DNA of 64,000 nucleotides from Thecamonas trahens ATCC 50062 (taxonomy: Eukaryota > Protista > Apusomonadida), in contig NW_013657645.1 in NCBI RefSeq assembly GCF_000142905.1, positions 248,001-312,000 on the forward strand, written 5' to 3'. The number at the start of each line of letters is the position of its first letter. The stretch's first letter is position 1. Both the position numbers and the translations under genes were made by a program. Below the pieces are notes generated by a model, which did not search any database, was not told the DNA's origin, and saw only the letters and a program-made list of their open reading frames with translations. Below, in pieces: positions 47,584 to 58,065 of the stretch.

Positions 47584-50500
47584 ATGTCGACGACAGCTTG
47601 GCCGGACAGTGGCAGAAGGCCAGATGTTGGTGATGATGGAAGTTGTGGCTCATCGTCATCGTCGTCGTCACACTCGGCGAGCTTGTCATCGTCGCGATCA
47701 TGGGTGAAGCAAGGTAGTGTGGATGGTCCTGGCTCGAGTCGACGACCTCGGGCAGTGTCGACCTTCTCGAGGACTCGGTCGTCATCCTCAGACGAAGAGA
47801 GCTCGGCCTCAGTCTCGAGATCATCTGACTCGGGATCAGACTCAGAAGTGACCCAAAGCTCGTCTTATGACTCGAGTGCCACTCAGGCCCAGGACAGGGC
47901 CACGATCTTTGTGCCCGAGTCGTTTGGTCTGCCGCAGGTGGCGCTGCTGCGGTGGACGCTCGCGTCAGCGCTTGTCTCGCCACTTGGCGTCGCCGACTCA
48001 CTCGAGGACCCCTGGCCGGCGGCGCTCATTGGTCTGCCGATGACCGAATCTGTCGAGGTGGCTGCATCGCTGTTGGTTGCTCTTGGTGAACGTGTCTTTG
48101 GCGTCTCGGCCCTACCGCCATCCCATGTCGATGCTGTGACGCAGATCCTGGCGCTTGCGCCGGTGCTGGCCGACGTGCGGCGGGCGCCACCGCTTCTCGG
48201 GCAGCTAGTCCGGGCTGATGAGCCGGAACGCGAGCTCCTTGCGCCTGGATTTTGCTCCGCGCTGATGGTCGAGGCCGTAGTGGCAGCGGTGGTGACGGCC
48301 GACGCTGGCGAGATGCTGCCCACCTGCGTCCACTGCTACACCGGGGCGGCAGCCAACCCGATGACGTATCCGCTCACGACGACGCTCAGCGGCAACACTC
48401 TTCCGCCAAGACTCACACTGGAGCTGGTCAATACCGATGCGTTTCCCAATGCACCAGACAAAGTTGTTGTGTCTGGCCCCAACGCTGTGCTGGGGCGGTC
48501 AGACAAGCGGTGCCACGCATGGCTCAAGTCGAACACGCTGATGGTCGCCGACAGCTCCGAGCCACTCGATCCTGACGAGGTTATTGTGGTAAGCGTGCAT
48601 GCGCCGCGAGTCTCGGCCGTCCACGTCGCGCTTGTTTACCACGTGCCCATCAACGCGTACGTGCTCCAACCAGCCGATCTGGGCGCCAACGACACTCTGC
48701 TCAACGATGTCTCGCTGGCGGCAGCTGTTGAGGGTGGCGCGACGGCCAAGGAGCTTGCGCGCGCCTTTGCCATCCGCCTCCACGACCACATTGAGCTCGA
48801 CCACGGCGGGCCTCTCTATAGGGTCGTGGCGCTGCGTGGTGTCGGCGCGCCGCCCTGTGGCAGCTATCCGCTCTCGCCGGCAGTTGCTGTCCTTGAAGCT
48901 ACCAATGCAGCCGTCCTCGAACCGCTGGTGGCAGCACTCTCGCCACGCCTGGCTGCCTTTCGTGATCTTCGCCTTGATCCTGAGCTCGACACGCTGCAAC
49001 CCACTACCGCTGTGGCATGGACACTGTTCGAGACGTCGGTGGCTGCCAATGCGGTGTCTGCAGCGCACGCCGTGTTCGTCGGTTACGGTCTCGACTCGGA
49101 TGCGCCGCGTGCACTGGCGATTGTCCTGGAGAGACTTGTAGTCGATGATCATGCGCTGGTCTCGCTTGTGCTTCGCCACTGCAGCGGCAGCTGTCTCACA
49201 TCATCATCAGTAACGGGACCGGCGCAGCGGGGGCTGAGTACTGTCGTTTCTCTGCTGCTGGATGCGGGAGTGTCGTCTGAAGCGGCGCTAGCACCCGAGA
49301 TGGCGTCGACGCTTGCTCCTAACATACTCGCTCTCCTCCGCGCGCCCACTTCGCTCGATCTGGCTGGTACCGATCTCGAGACCGACGGCGAGGTGGCGAA
49401 TGCGATTGAGGCGAGTGGCGGGATGCTTGCCCGTCTCAAGAGCGTTGATTTATCCGGCAACAGCCTTGAAGCGCTACCGATGGGGGTGCTGGAGCGGTGC
49501 ATGGCGTTGACGACGCTCAACCTGGCCTCGTCTGGGGTGTCGGACTTGGCGCTTGTCGGGCCTTTTGGGCCCGGCGTTCTCGCAAATCTCACGTCGCTCA
49601 ATGTGGCGAGCAACGGGTTGTACGGGGTGCCGATGGCGCTGCTCGAGTGTGCAACTGCACTGTGCGAGCTCGATCTCTCGGGCAACGAGCTGCCTGGCTT
49701 CCCCGATGCGGCGGCAGAGCTGCTTGCGCCCTCGCTCGTCTCGCTCGCGCTTGCCGACAACAACCTCAACACGCTTCCGCCTGCACTGGGCTCACTTACT
49801 CGGCTGCGGTACCTCAACGTGGCTGGACATGCGGCAGTGTCTAGCCTCGAGTGGCTCTCCTCGCTGACCGAGCTTGAGATCCTGATTCTAGACGGGGCAC
49901 CGCTTGCCGCGCCGGTCTCGGGTGTACTGGACCGGAGCGAGTGGATGGAGATGGTGAGGGCCAAGCCGTATGCGGTCTGGCTCGACTCACAAGTTGCAAT
50001 GGCGGCGTTTGATGCGCTTGATGAAGATGGAGTGGGGAGCCTCGATGCGCCGGCAGTGCTGCGACTCAATGCCGAGCTCGCGCATGTGCTTGTGCCCCGC
50101 AAGTTGGACGTGACGCCGATTGCACAGCTCAGCTCGCTCCGGCAGCTCTCGATCAAGCACCTCGGGCTTGACGAGCTGTCGCGCGAGCTGCTCTCTGGAC
50201 TTGGATCTGGTGGGCAGCTGACGCGGCTCGATGTGTCGTCAAACGCGCTCGTCCGGCTGCCAGAGGAGCTCGGGACGATGAGCTCGCTGGTACACTTTGA
50301 GTGCATGGGCAACCCGCTCGAGTTTCCGGCCCCATGCATCCGGGCCAAGGGCTCTGCGGCTATCCTGCTGTACTACCAGGCGCTTGCCGGCGGCTCCGTC
50401 CCGATTTCGCGAACCAAGCTGTGCGTGGTCGGTCTTGGCAACGCAGGCAAGACGTCGCTCATTGCAGCGCTCACGCAAGGTCCAGACGCGTTTGACCGCG

Positions 50501-53500
50501 AGTCCAAGTCAACCGACGGAATCGCCATCCGCGAGTGGGTGGTACCGGCGGCGGATGTAGTGGCGGCGGCGCCCGAAGCGGTGTTGGAGACGGACAGCAT
50601 CCGGTTTTCGGTGTGGGACTTTGCCGGGCAGTCGGTCTACTACAACACGCACCAGTTTTTCCTCTCACACCGTGCCATCTACGTCCTGGTGTGGAACATT
50701 CGGCTCGGCGCCGAGCACGGCGGCCTCGACTTTTGGCTCAACTCGATCCGGTCACACCATCCCGAGGCGCCAGTTGTCATTGTGGGAACGCATGCGGACC
50801 AGGTTCCAGTCTCAAACATCGAGGAGGCACGACTGCGGCGGCAGTTTAGTCAGATACGCGGCTTTGTCAACGTGTCGTCGGCCACCGGGCTCAACATTGA
50901 CGTGCTGCGAGCCAAAGTGCTGGCGATTGCCGCCGGTGAGCCGTACATGAACCAGATTGTGCCGACGGCGTTCATCAAGCTCGAGAATCAGCTCCGCCAG
51001 CTGGCAACCGAGTGCACGACCGAGCTCATCACCCAGTGGTCGCGAGTCCGGTGCTTTGGCGCGCTCTGCACCCTCCACACAGAGGAGGAGGTGCTGCGGG
51101 CGACCGAGTACCTGACGGACCTGGGAACGATCATCCACGTACAGACACCGGCACTGCGGGATCTTGTTATCCTCTCGCCGCAGTTTCTGGCAGATGTGAT
51201 GGCGTGCGTTGTCTCTGCGCAGCTGCCGCAGATGGATGCAGCCGGGCAGGCGCCTGCCATTGTGGACGGGATCCTGTACGAGTCGGCCACGGCGTTGGTT
51301 TGGGCGCGGTACGACACCTCACTCCACACCAAGCTCCTGCACCTCATCGCTCAGTTTGAGCTTGTCTACGCGCTCCCGCCGCATCCGACGCGCGGGCCGC
51401 GGTATCTGGTCCCGTGTCTCCTGCCCGACGACCCGGTGGCGTGGCCTGCCGAGTGGAGAGGCATTCCGCATGGCGCGGAGCGTGTGAGCCTGACGTACTC
51501 GTTTGACTTTCTCCCAATCGGCCTCTTCTCGCGGATCCAAGTGCGTGCGCGCGACGTGCCGGGTCCGGCATCGGGCGCCAACTTTGCCGTGATGTGGCGG
51601 ACGGGTCTGCGGCTCCGGCGCGGGCCGCACGTTGCTGAGCTCACGACGAGTCAGAAGCGCGGGGTGATTACGGTGGCGGTTGCGGGCTCGGCGCCGCACA
51701 CCCTCCTCAGCCTTTTCTCGCAGATCATATCTCGACTTGTCGACGAGCTGTACACCGGACTGGCGTACAGCGTCCACGTGCCGTGTCCCGAGTGCACGGA
51801 GCTTGTGGACGGAGGCAGAGGGCAGACGCTGGTGCGCGGGTTCCATGTCGACGGCGACGAAAGCTTGCGTCGGGCGGCGTCGAGCTTTCTGGTGCGGACG
51901 ATCCGGCGGGCGGTGACGTCCGAGGTCCCGTTTTTGCAGTGCGAGTACTTTCACATGGTGCCTGTGCGGCGGCTGGTGGCGTACATTCCGCCACGGTCGG
52001 ACGTGCAGGTGGCGGACCAGTTTGAGCGCGACGTGGCGATGCTTGAGCAGCAGCACGTCCTCCTCACCTCTGCCATCTACATCTCGTACTCGTTTGCCAA
52101 CTCCTCCGAGGCGGTGGCCGCCGGCATCGTGCCGGCGGCGCGCGGTAGCTTTGATCCGTTGGCGCTCGGTGAGCAGCTGCGGGCACTCGGGTTCACAGTC
52201 TACTTTCGTGATCCTCGAGCGCCAAGCGGCGACGACATGTCTCGAATCCTGCAGTCTGTGCGGATCTTTGTGGCCTGTGTCTCGGTCGAGTATTTTAACG
52301 ACCCGGCGGCGGTCCGCGAGTATGAGTACGCCATCAAGATCCTGCACAAGTCGCGAGTGCCTGTGGTTGTGGGTGAGTCGTTTGATTTTATGCGGCACCG
52401 AGCGTACATGCTCATATCAGGCGAGCTGTGGATCGACTTTGTGTCGCCTGCAACGCGAGAGGCAAAGCTCGCAGAGCTCTCGTCGCGGCTGCTGATGATG
52501 CTGCCGGCCAACTCGCCTGCGCAGGCGTATGTTCCAACCGATGACAAAGGAGCAGAGGGGCATATTGAGGTGTACGAGCGTGGGCTTGCCGTCCCGCGAC
52601 GGGTGCCTCCTCTGGCGGTCAACAGCGCGAGGCCGGTCTTTGTCTCGTACGCGTGGCGCAACTCTGCGCACGCGTTTGGCGAGGCGGCGGTGGGCAAGGT
52701 CGATCCGCGCGGGATTGCCATCGATCTTGCCAAGAACTATGGGCTTGGCACGTGGCTCGACATCGACTGTCTGGGGCGGAACGGGTTGTTTGAGGACATT
52801 GCGGCGGGACTGTCGCGGGCGCGGGTTGTGGTAGCGTGTGTGTCGGACGCGTATGCGGCGTCGGACAACTGCCGTATGGAATTTCTGCATGCGGCCAAGA
52901 ACCTGTGCCTTCCGATGGTAGTGGCTGTTGTTGGGTCGGGCGACTACGCGTGGACACGGAGCGAGGTCGGACTCATCGCAGCAGGGCTTCCGCAGATCAA
53001 GTTTGGGTCGGCGAGTGAGTTTGAGGCGTCGATGGAGGAGCTGGCCGGGGCGGTGTGCGAGGCGATGGCATCGTCGGGCGGGTGCGACGACGAGCCCAAA
53101 GCTGACGACGGTAGCAGAGCCGAAGCCGATGCGGCGGACGCTGAGTGGGCCGACTTGCGCGAGCATGCGCAGCGCTCGTTTATGCGGCAGCTGAACATGG
53201 CCGACGGCCTTGTGGCGCACATTGACGGGCCGCGGATCTTTGCTGTGACGCAGCTCTCGTCGTCATCGTGCTGCGTGGTGAACGGAGCGTCGCTGGTGGC
53301 GCTGTGCGAGAACCCTCAGGGCTGGCATATGCCGCTGGCGCCCGAGGCAGTGAAGCTCTCTGCCGAGAACGGGTGCGACGTGGTGGCGGCCGTGCCGTAC
53401 TTTGACAGTCTGGTCCGGCTGATGCGGCTGACGTCGCCCGAGCTGGAGATGGTCCAGTCTGTCGAGTTTGCCGAGTTTATCGCCCGCAAGGGTAGCGTCG

Positions 53501-53829
53501 GGCGGCATGAGCTCGGAGTTGACGGCGGGCGTGGAGGCGGGCCGCTCGCGGGCGGGCGATCGCGGACACGGTCGCGGGCGGGCTCGCTCCGGCGCAACCG
53601 AGCGAGTTCGCGAGTGAGCGACGGGCATGTGTCGTCGGATCAGGCGGCGGGCGTAGGCGGCAGAAGCGATGGAGAGCCACTGACCATCCGTGAAGCGTAT
53701 CGAGTTCTATCCGAAGTCTTCGATGGACACGGTGGGCTCGAGCTCGTAGCGTTGACTACCGGCGAGTCGCTCTGGCTCTGCCGCGAGTGCGCGGCTCGAT
53801 TGGCAGTTGACGGGAGCCAATCGGTGTGA
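47584..53829 (+). CDS. Kinase-less Roco protein: FHA-like, LRRs with EF-hand-like insert, ROC GTPase, COR, two TIR domains, C-terminal Cys/His domain
   Basis: FHA-like LGRS..VSAVH..DLGANDTLLND; LxxLDLSGNxL repeats; GLGNAGKTS, STDGI, WDFAGQ, GTHAD; TIR IYISYS..VREYEYA and VFVSYAW..WLDI..SDNCRMEF; LCENPQGWH...GGL...LWLC. Confidence 0.9.
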   Translation: MSTTAWPDSGRRPDVGDDGSCGSSSSSSSHSASLSSSRSWVKQGSVDGPGSSRRPRAVSTFSRTRSSSSDEESSASVSRSSDSGSDSEVTQSSSYDSSATQAQDRATIFVPESFGLPQVALLRWTLASALVSPLGVADSLEDPWPAALIGLPMTESVEVAASLLVALGERVFGVSALPPSHVDAVTQILALAPVLADVRRAPPLLGQLVRADEPERELLAPGFCSALMVEAVVAAVVTADAGEMLPTCVHCYTGAAANPMTYPLTTTLSGNTLPPRLTLELVNTDAFPNAPDKVVVSGPNAVLGRSDKRCHAWLKSNTLMVADSSEPLDPDEVIVVSVHAPRVSAVHVALVYHVPINAYVLQPADLGANDTLLNDVSLAAAVEGGATAKELARAFAIRLHDHIELDHGGPLYRVVALRGVGAPPCGSYPLSPAVAVLEATNAAVLEPLVAALSPRLAAFRDLRLDPELDTLQPTTAVAWTLFETSVAANAVSAAHAVFVGYGLDSDAPRALAIVLERLVVDDHALVSLVLRHCSGSCLTSSSVTGPAQRGLSTVVSLLLDAGVSSEAALAPEMASTLAPNILALLRAPTSLDLAGTDLETDGEVANAIEASGGMLARLKSVDLSGNSLEALPMGVLERCMALTTLNLASSGVSDLALVGPFGPGVLANLTSLNVASNGLYGVPMALLECATALCELDLSGNELPGFPDAAAELLAPSLVSLALADNNLNTLPPALGSLTRLRYLNVAGHAAVSSLEWLSSLTELEILILDGAPLAAPVSGVLDRSEWMEMVRAKPYAVWLDSQVAMAAFDALDEDGVGSLDAPAVLRLNAELAHVLVPRKLDVTPIAQLSSLRQLSIKHLGLDELSRELLSGLGSGGQLTRLDVSSNALVRLPEELGTMSSLVHFECMGNPLEFPAPCIRAKGSAAILLYYQALAGGSVPISRTKLCVVGLGNAGKTSLIAALTQGPDAFDRESKSTDGIAIREWVVPAADVVAAAPEAVLETDSIRFSVWDFAGQSVYYNTHQFFLSHRAIYVLVWNIRLGAEHGGLDFWLNSIRSHHPEAPVVIVGTHADQVPVSNIEEARLRRQFSQIRGFVNVSSATGLNIDVLRAKVLAIAAGEPYMNQIVPTAFIKLENQLRQLATECTTELITQWSRVRCFGALCTLHTEEEVLRATEYLTDLGTIIHVQTPALRDLVILSPQFLADVMACVVSAQLPQMDAAGQAPAIVDGILYESATALVWARYDTSLHTKLLHLIAQFELVYALPPHPTRGPRYLVPCLLPDDPVAWPAEWRGIPHGAERVSLTYSFDFLPIGLFSRIQVRARDVPGPASGANFAVMWRTGLRLRRGPHVAELTTSQKRGVITVAVAGSAPHTLLSLFSQIISRLVDELYTGLAYSVHVPCPECTELVDGGRGQTLVRGFHVDGDESLRRAASSFLVRTIRRAVTSEVPFLQCEYFHMVPVRRLVAYIPPRSDVQVADQFERDVAMLEQQHVLLTSAIYISYSFANSSEAVAAGIVPAARGSFDPLALGEQLRALGFTVYFRDPRAPSGDDMSRILQSVRIFVACVSVEYFNDPAAVREYEYAIKILHKSRVPVVVGESFDFMRHRAYMLISGELWIDFVSPATREAKLAELSSRLLMMLPANSPAQAYVPTDDKGAEGHIEVYERGLAVPRRVPPLAVNSARPVFVSYAWRNSAHAFGEAAVGKVDPRGIAIDLAKNYGLGTWLDIDCLGRNGLFEDIAAGLSRARVVVACVSDAYAASDNCRMEFLHAAKNLCLPMVVAVVGSGDYAWTRSEVGLIAAGLPQIKFGSASEFEASMEELAGAVCEAMASSGGCDDEPKADDGSRAEADAADAEWADLREHAQRSFMRQLNMADGLVAHIDGPRIFAVTQLSSSSCCVVNGASLVALCENPQGWHMPLAPEAVKLSAENGCDVVAAVPYFDSLVRLMRLTSPELEMVQSVEFAEFIARKGSVGRHELGVDGGRGGGPLAGGRSRTRSRAGSLRRNRASSRVSDGHVSSDQAAGVGGRSDGEPLTIREAYRVLSEVFDGHGGLELVALTTGESLWLCRECAARLAVDGSQSV

Positions 53830-54003
53830 GCAGAAGCGGGCCAAAAACGTTCCAGCGCTTCCTTGGAAGAAGGTATTGGTCGTTTTTTGGCGGACGGAAC
53901 ACTCGCCATCCACAATCCCCAAAAAACGCCATCCCTCGCCACGGCGCACAGGCCCCCCCACAAACACAACACACCGCACCACTTATCTTAGTCCGAAGCA
54001 AAC

Positions 54004-55440
54004 ATGTCTGCTGAGACCTTTGACCCCGCCCGCAAGCTCAACGTCGTCATCATTGGCCACGTCGATGCTGGCAAGTCCACCATGACCGGCCGTCTCATCT
54101 ACGAGCTCGGCGGCATCGACGAGCGTGCCAAGGAGAAGCTCGAGCAGGCTGCTGCCGAGAACAACAAGGCCGGTTTCGCCTTTGCCTACTTCATGGACAC
54201 GTCCAAGGAGGAGCGCGAGCGCGGTATCACCATCGACTGCCAGACGTCGTCGTTCCGCACCACCAACTACGACTACTCGATCACCGACGCCCCCGGTCAT
54301 GCCGATTTTATCACTAACATGATCACCGGTGCCGGCCAGGCTGACGTCGCGGTCCTCATGGTCCCGGCTGACGGTAACTTCGAGGCATCGATTGCCAAGC
54401 CGTCCGGCATGATGGCTGGTGGCCAGACCCGCCAGCACGCCAACCTCGCCAACCTGCTCGGCATCAAGCAGCTCGTGGTTTGCGTCAACAAGATGGATTC
54501 GTCCGAGGGCGGCGCCTACAACGAGGCTCGTTTCAACGAGATCCGCGATGAGGTCTCGCGCATGATCGACGAGGCTGGCTTCCACTCGGCCACTGTCCCG
54601 ATCATCCCGGTTTCCGGCTGGGTTGGTGACAACCTCACCTCGCCGACCGAGAACATGCCGTGGTACAACGGCTGGTCCGGCCGGTACGGCTACACCGCCA
54701 AGCGCAAGAAGAAGGGCTTCGAGATTGTCGGCGGCACCGAGATCAAGGGCAAGACCCTTGTCGAGGCGCTCGACAACTACATGCGCATCCCCGACCGTGA
54801 CGCCAACGGCCCGCTCCACCTTTCGGTTTCGGGCTCGCGCCTCATCCCGGGCCAGGGTCTCGTGACCATGGGCCGGATTGAGATCGGTACCATCCGCAAG
54901 GACGACGTCGTCGCGCTCGCGCGCAACGGCCTGTCTGGCAAGACCTTCTCGATCCAGATGCACCACCAGGACGTGGACGCCGGTATTGCTGGCTTCAACG
55001 TTGGCATTGTGGTCAAGTTCCCGAAGGGCACCAAGCCGAAGCAGGTCAAGCGTGGTGACCTCCTGTACCGCCCGGCTGACTACGCCGACAAGCAGGAGCT
55101 CCTCCCGCGCCGCGTCAAGTCGTTCCGCGCCATGATCCGCGTGCAGAACCACCCTGGTGACCTCAAGGTCGGCTTCTGCCCGCAGATGTGCGTGCGTACC
55201 GGCCGGTGCGCTTCGCGCATTTCGGAGATCCACTGGGTGATGGGCAAGCGCACTGCTGGCCAGAAGCTCGAGAACCCGGAGTTCGTCCGCAAGCACGAGA
55301 TGGCCGAGATCACCTTTGAGCCGCAGGGCTTCCTCTACTGCGAGACCTTTGAGCGCTCGGAGTCGTACGGCCGTGTTGCCGGCCTCGAGTCGAAGACCCT
55401 TGTCTTCATGGGCAAGATCATCGATGTTGAGTACGCTTAA
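54004..55440 (+). CDS. EFL: Elongation factor-like GTPase (EFL), divergent
   Basis: GHVDAGKST, ERERGITI, DAPGH, NKMD. EFL-type signatures YELGGI, FAFAYFMD, LMVPADGNF, GQTRQHA.L.NLLG, VRTGRCASRISEIHW.MGK.T, EMAE..FEP. Strongly biased codon use. Confidence 0.88.
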   Translation: MSAETFDPARKLNVVIIGHVDAGKSTMTGRLIYELGGIDERAKEKLEQAAAENNKAGFAFAYFMDTSKEERERGITIDCQTSSFRTTNYDYSITDAPGHADFITNMITGAGQADVAVLMVPADGNFEASIAKPSGMMAGGQTRQHANLANLLGIKQLVVCVNKMDSSEGGAYNEARFNEIRDEVSRMIDEAGFHSATVPIIPVSGWVGDNLTSPTENMPWYNGWSGRYGYTAKRKKKGFEIVGGTEIKGKTLVEALDNYMRIPDRDANGPLHLSVSGSRLIPGQGLVTMGRIEIGTIRKDDVVALARNGLSGKTFSIQMHHQDVDAGIAGFNVGIVVKFPKGTKPKQVKRGDLLYRPADYADKQELLPRRVKSFRAMIRVQNHPGDLKVGFCPQMCVRTGRCASRISEIHWVMGKRTAGQKLENPEFVRKHEMAEITFEPQGFLYCETFERSESYGRVAGLESKTLVFMGKIIDVEYA

Positions 55441-55502
55441 AACGGACCACTTTTGAGGACTGGGGGAGAGGGGGTTTGATGCTACGTGTCAGGCAGACGG
55501 GA

Positions 55503-56231
55503 TTACAACACATACATGTGGGAGCCATCGGCGGCGGTGTGGACATCGACAGCACCATGCGGCATGGGCGGCGGCGACGGCGGACGCTGGATGGAATGGG
55601 GCGGATGGTGGGCGAGGTGGGCTGGAGTCGAGCGAGTAGCGTGGACCGATCGTCTGGTGGAAGAGACGGTGGGGGGCGGTGCGGCGCGGCGGTCGAGCTT
55701 GATCTTTGCCTTTTGCTCGTCGACCAGAGCATGGACCAGGGCGTCAATCGCCTGCTGCTCCAGCTCGATCTGCTCAGCCAGCTTGGCCTTGTAAGCGCGG
55801 CGGCGGGCACGAGACGAGGTGTCTGTCTTGGCCTCGACGTCTGCAGTGAGACGGAGGCGGAGAACGCGGATTTCGGCCTCGAGAGCGTCGACCTCGGCAG
55901 CCAGGGCGTCGCGCTCGGCTGTCACTGCGCGGAGCTCGTCAGCGAGTGCGTTCTTTCCGGCAAGAGCATGCTCCAGGACCAGAGCTTGTTCCTCAGCAAG
56001 TGCTTGCGCTCGCTCGTACTCCCGCTGGATGGCAGTCGTCTTGGCTCGGGCTACATACAGCTCAGACGCGAGGTCAGGCTCCCACCCCGCCTCGCCATGC
56101 TGAGCCAGCCAGCTCACATGGTGTGCTTTCTCAGACTCGAGCACCTCTATGGTCTCCTCAGCCTTGGCGAGCTTGGCTTGACTACGCCGAAAGGCTTGCA
56201 ATAGCTCGTCATAGCTAAGCCCTCCCGCCAT
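55503..56231 (-). CDS. Hypothetical coiled-coil protein
   Basis: MAGGLSYDELLQAFRR... heptad-rich segment (ELRAVTAERDALAAEVDALEAEIRVLR) within ORF 55503..56462. Confidence 0.65.
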   Translation of the reverse strand: MAGGLSYDELLQAFRRSQAKLAKAEETIEVLESEKAHHVSWLAQHGEAGWEPDLASELYVARAKTTAIQREYERAQALAEEQALVLEHALAGKNALADELRAVTAERDALAAEVDALEAEIRVLRLRLTADVEAKTDTSSRARRRAYKAKLAEQIELEQQAIDALVHALVDEQKAKIKLDRRAAPPPTVSSTRRSVHATRSTPAHLAHHPPHSIQRPPSPPPMPHGAVDVHTAADGSHMYVL

Positions 56232-56612
56232 ACTCGAGCAGCGTTGGGTGTGGCGAGGAGAGGTAGAGGAGGTGGAGGCTGGCGTACAAAGCCAAGCGGG
56301 CTTGGTTGGAGGAAGGCGATGAGGAGGATGAGGAGGGTGAGACCATGGTGTGGTCATCACCGATGATGGCGGGGAAAGAAAAGGTCGTGAAAGTGGCATG
56401 CCGTCGACGGGGTTGGTTGCTAGTGATGGAGGGCCAGGGGGGGAGGGGGGGGGGTTGATCAAGTGGGTTGAACATGCGGTTGGTGATCAGGCACTCTCTC
56501 GCCAATGGCGATCGATCGGGTGCGGAGCACCGACCGTCAAGGTAGCATGGCGAGGAGGAGGGTGGAGTAGGGGTAGGAGGACAAGAGCGGAAGCGGTACA
56601 CACCACTCGAGG

Positions 56613-58065
56613 ATGGAGGTTGTGTCGGAGAACGTGCTTCTTGCGGATAAGATTGCACAGCTCATTGCTGCAACAAAAGGTGACCATGTACGTGGTGCTG
56701 CGTGGGCAGGGGGGGGGGGGAAGGGGGCAGGGCCGCTGACGGGGGTCATGAACAGGCGTTGCAGGTGCACAAGGCAATTTTTCGAAAGGCAGCGGAGGCG
56801 ACGGTGAGAGCGGCGGAGGAAAGGTGGGGGAGGGGGGGAGAGGGGGGGAGAGGGGGGGAGGGGGGGAGGAAGGGAGGAAATGGAAGAAGCTCATGTGTAT
56901 GGTATTGTGGTGGTGATGGCATGTTTAGGCGACGTGGGAGTCGACGGCCGACCCGGATGACGCCGACATGATTGTGGAGAGCTCCGGGTGGCAAATTATG
57001 CGCAAGGACAACACGACCGTGGCCGCGGTGGCAGAGCAGGAGCTGGAGATTGTAGAGATGGATACAGACAAGACGTGGTACAATGACTACTTTTTCGGCA
57101 AGCCGCATGTGACGTTTGTGGGGAAGGACAAGGCTATGGGAGCGCTGGTGATCTCTGTGGTGAAGGAGGATTTTGGCGACGACTTTCACTTTCGGGTCCG
57201 GGTCCTTTCGCAGGCCGGGCGGCAGCATGTGCTTGTGAGCTCGGACGATGTGAACGTGAAAAACAAGGATCTGAACTCCAAGATGGCGCGCAAGGTGGTG
57301 AACGTGGCGCTGCCTGCACTGGAGAAGATGGCGCTCAAGGTGGCGGACGATGAGAAGTTCTGCAAGCGGCTGGCGACGCACGAGACGTCCGAGCTGGTGA
57401 CCAAGTACAAGTTTGGCCTGCTGTATGTCAAGGACGGGCAGACGGTGGAGGAGGACATGTTTGCCAACGACGGGTATGTGATCGACCACTCCCCCGAGTA
57501 CCAGGAGTTCTGCGACTGGTTGGGTGACACGATCGAGCTGCAGGGATGGGAAGCGTACCGGGCCGGGCTTGACGTCCGCTCGGGCGGCACCGGGACAACG
57601 TCGATCTACACGCAGTGGCGCCACTTTGAGGTCATGTGGCACGTCGCCACCATGCTCCCGTACTTTCCCACCGACGTGCAGCAACTTCAGCGCAAGCGTC
57701 ACCTTGGCAACGACATTGTTATGGTGGTCTTTGTCGAGGGCTCGACGCCGTACGTCCCGACTTGTGTTTACTCGCAGTTCAACCACGTCCTGCTCATTGT
57801 CCAGCCGGTGGACAAGGAGCTGACCGGCGGACGGACGTGCTACCGCATGTCAATGGCGTGCAAGTCGGACGTCGGCACGTTTGGACCCAAGCTTCCGCGC
57901 CAAAAGTACTTTGAACGCTCGCAAGATCTCCGCAACTGGCTCTATGCCCGTCTCATCAACGGCGAGCGGACCGCTATCCTCAACGCTGCCGGCTTCCGCA
58001 TGACTCGCGAGCGGACCGCCCAGCTGTGGCTCGCTGACGTCTGCAACGACTTTGGCATTTCGTAG
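56613..58065 (+). CDS. Rap/Ran-GAP (Rap1GAP family); join(56613..56687,56929..58065)
   Basis: YKFGLLYVKDGQT.EE, YRAGLD..GGTG, EVMWHVATMLP, QRKRHLGNDIV (catalytic Asn). GTACGT donor at 56688 and TAG acceptor ending at 56928 are in frame. Confidence 0.93.

Noticed and set aside
53840-53891. Imperfect inverted repeat GCCAAAAACG...CGTTTTTTGGC after the Roco stop codon
   Set aside because: Short and imperfect. It could be chance and is not enough to call a terminator in a eukaryote.
53983-55296. 437-aa antisense ORF over EFL, and similar long antisense or shifted ORFs at 20607-22325, 38526-40175, 43842-45239 and 51319-52398
   Set aside because: Shadow ORFs expected from high GC and codon bias. 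No recognisable motifs.
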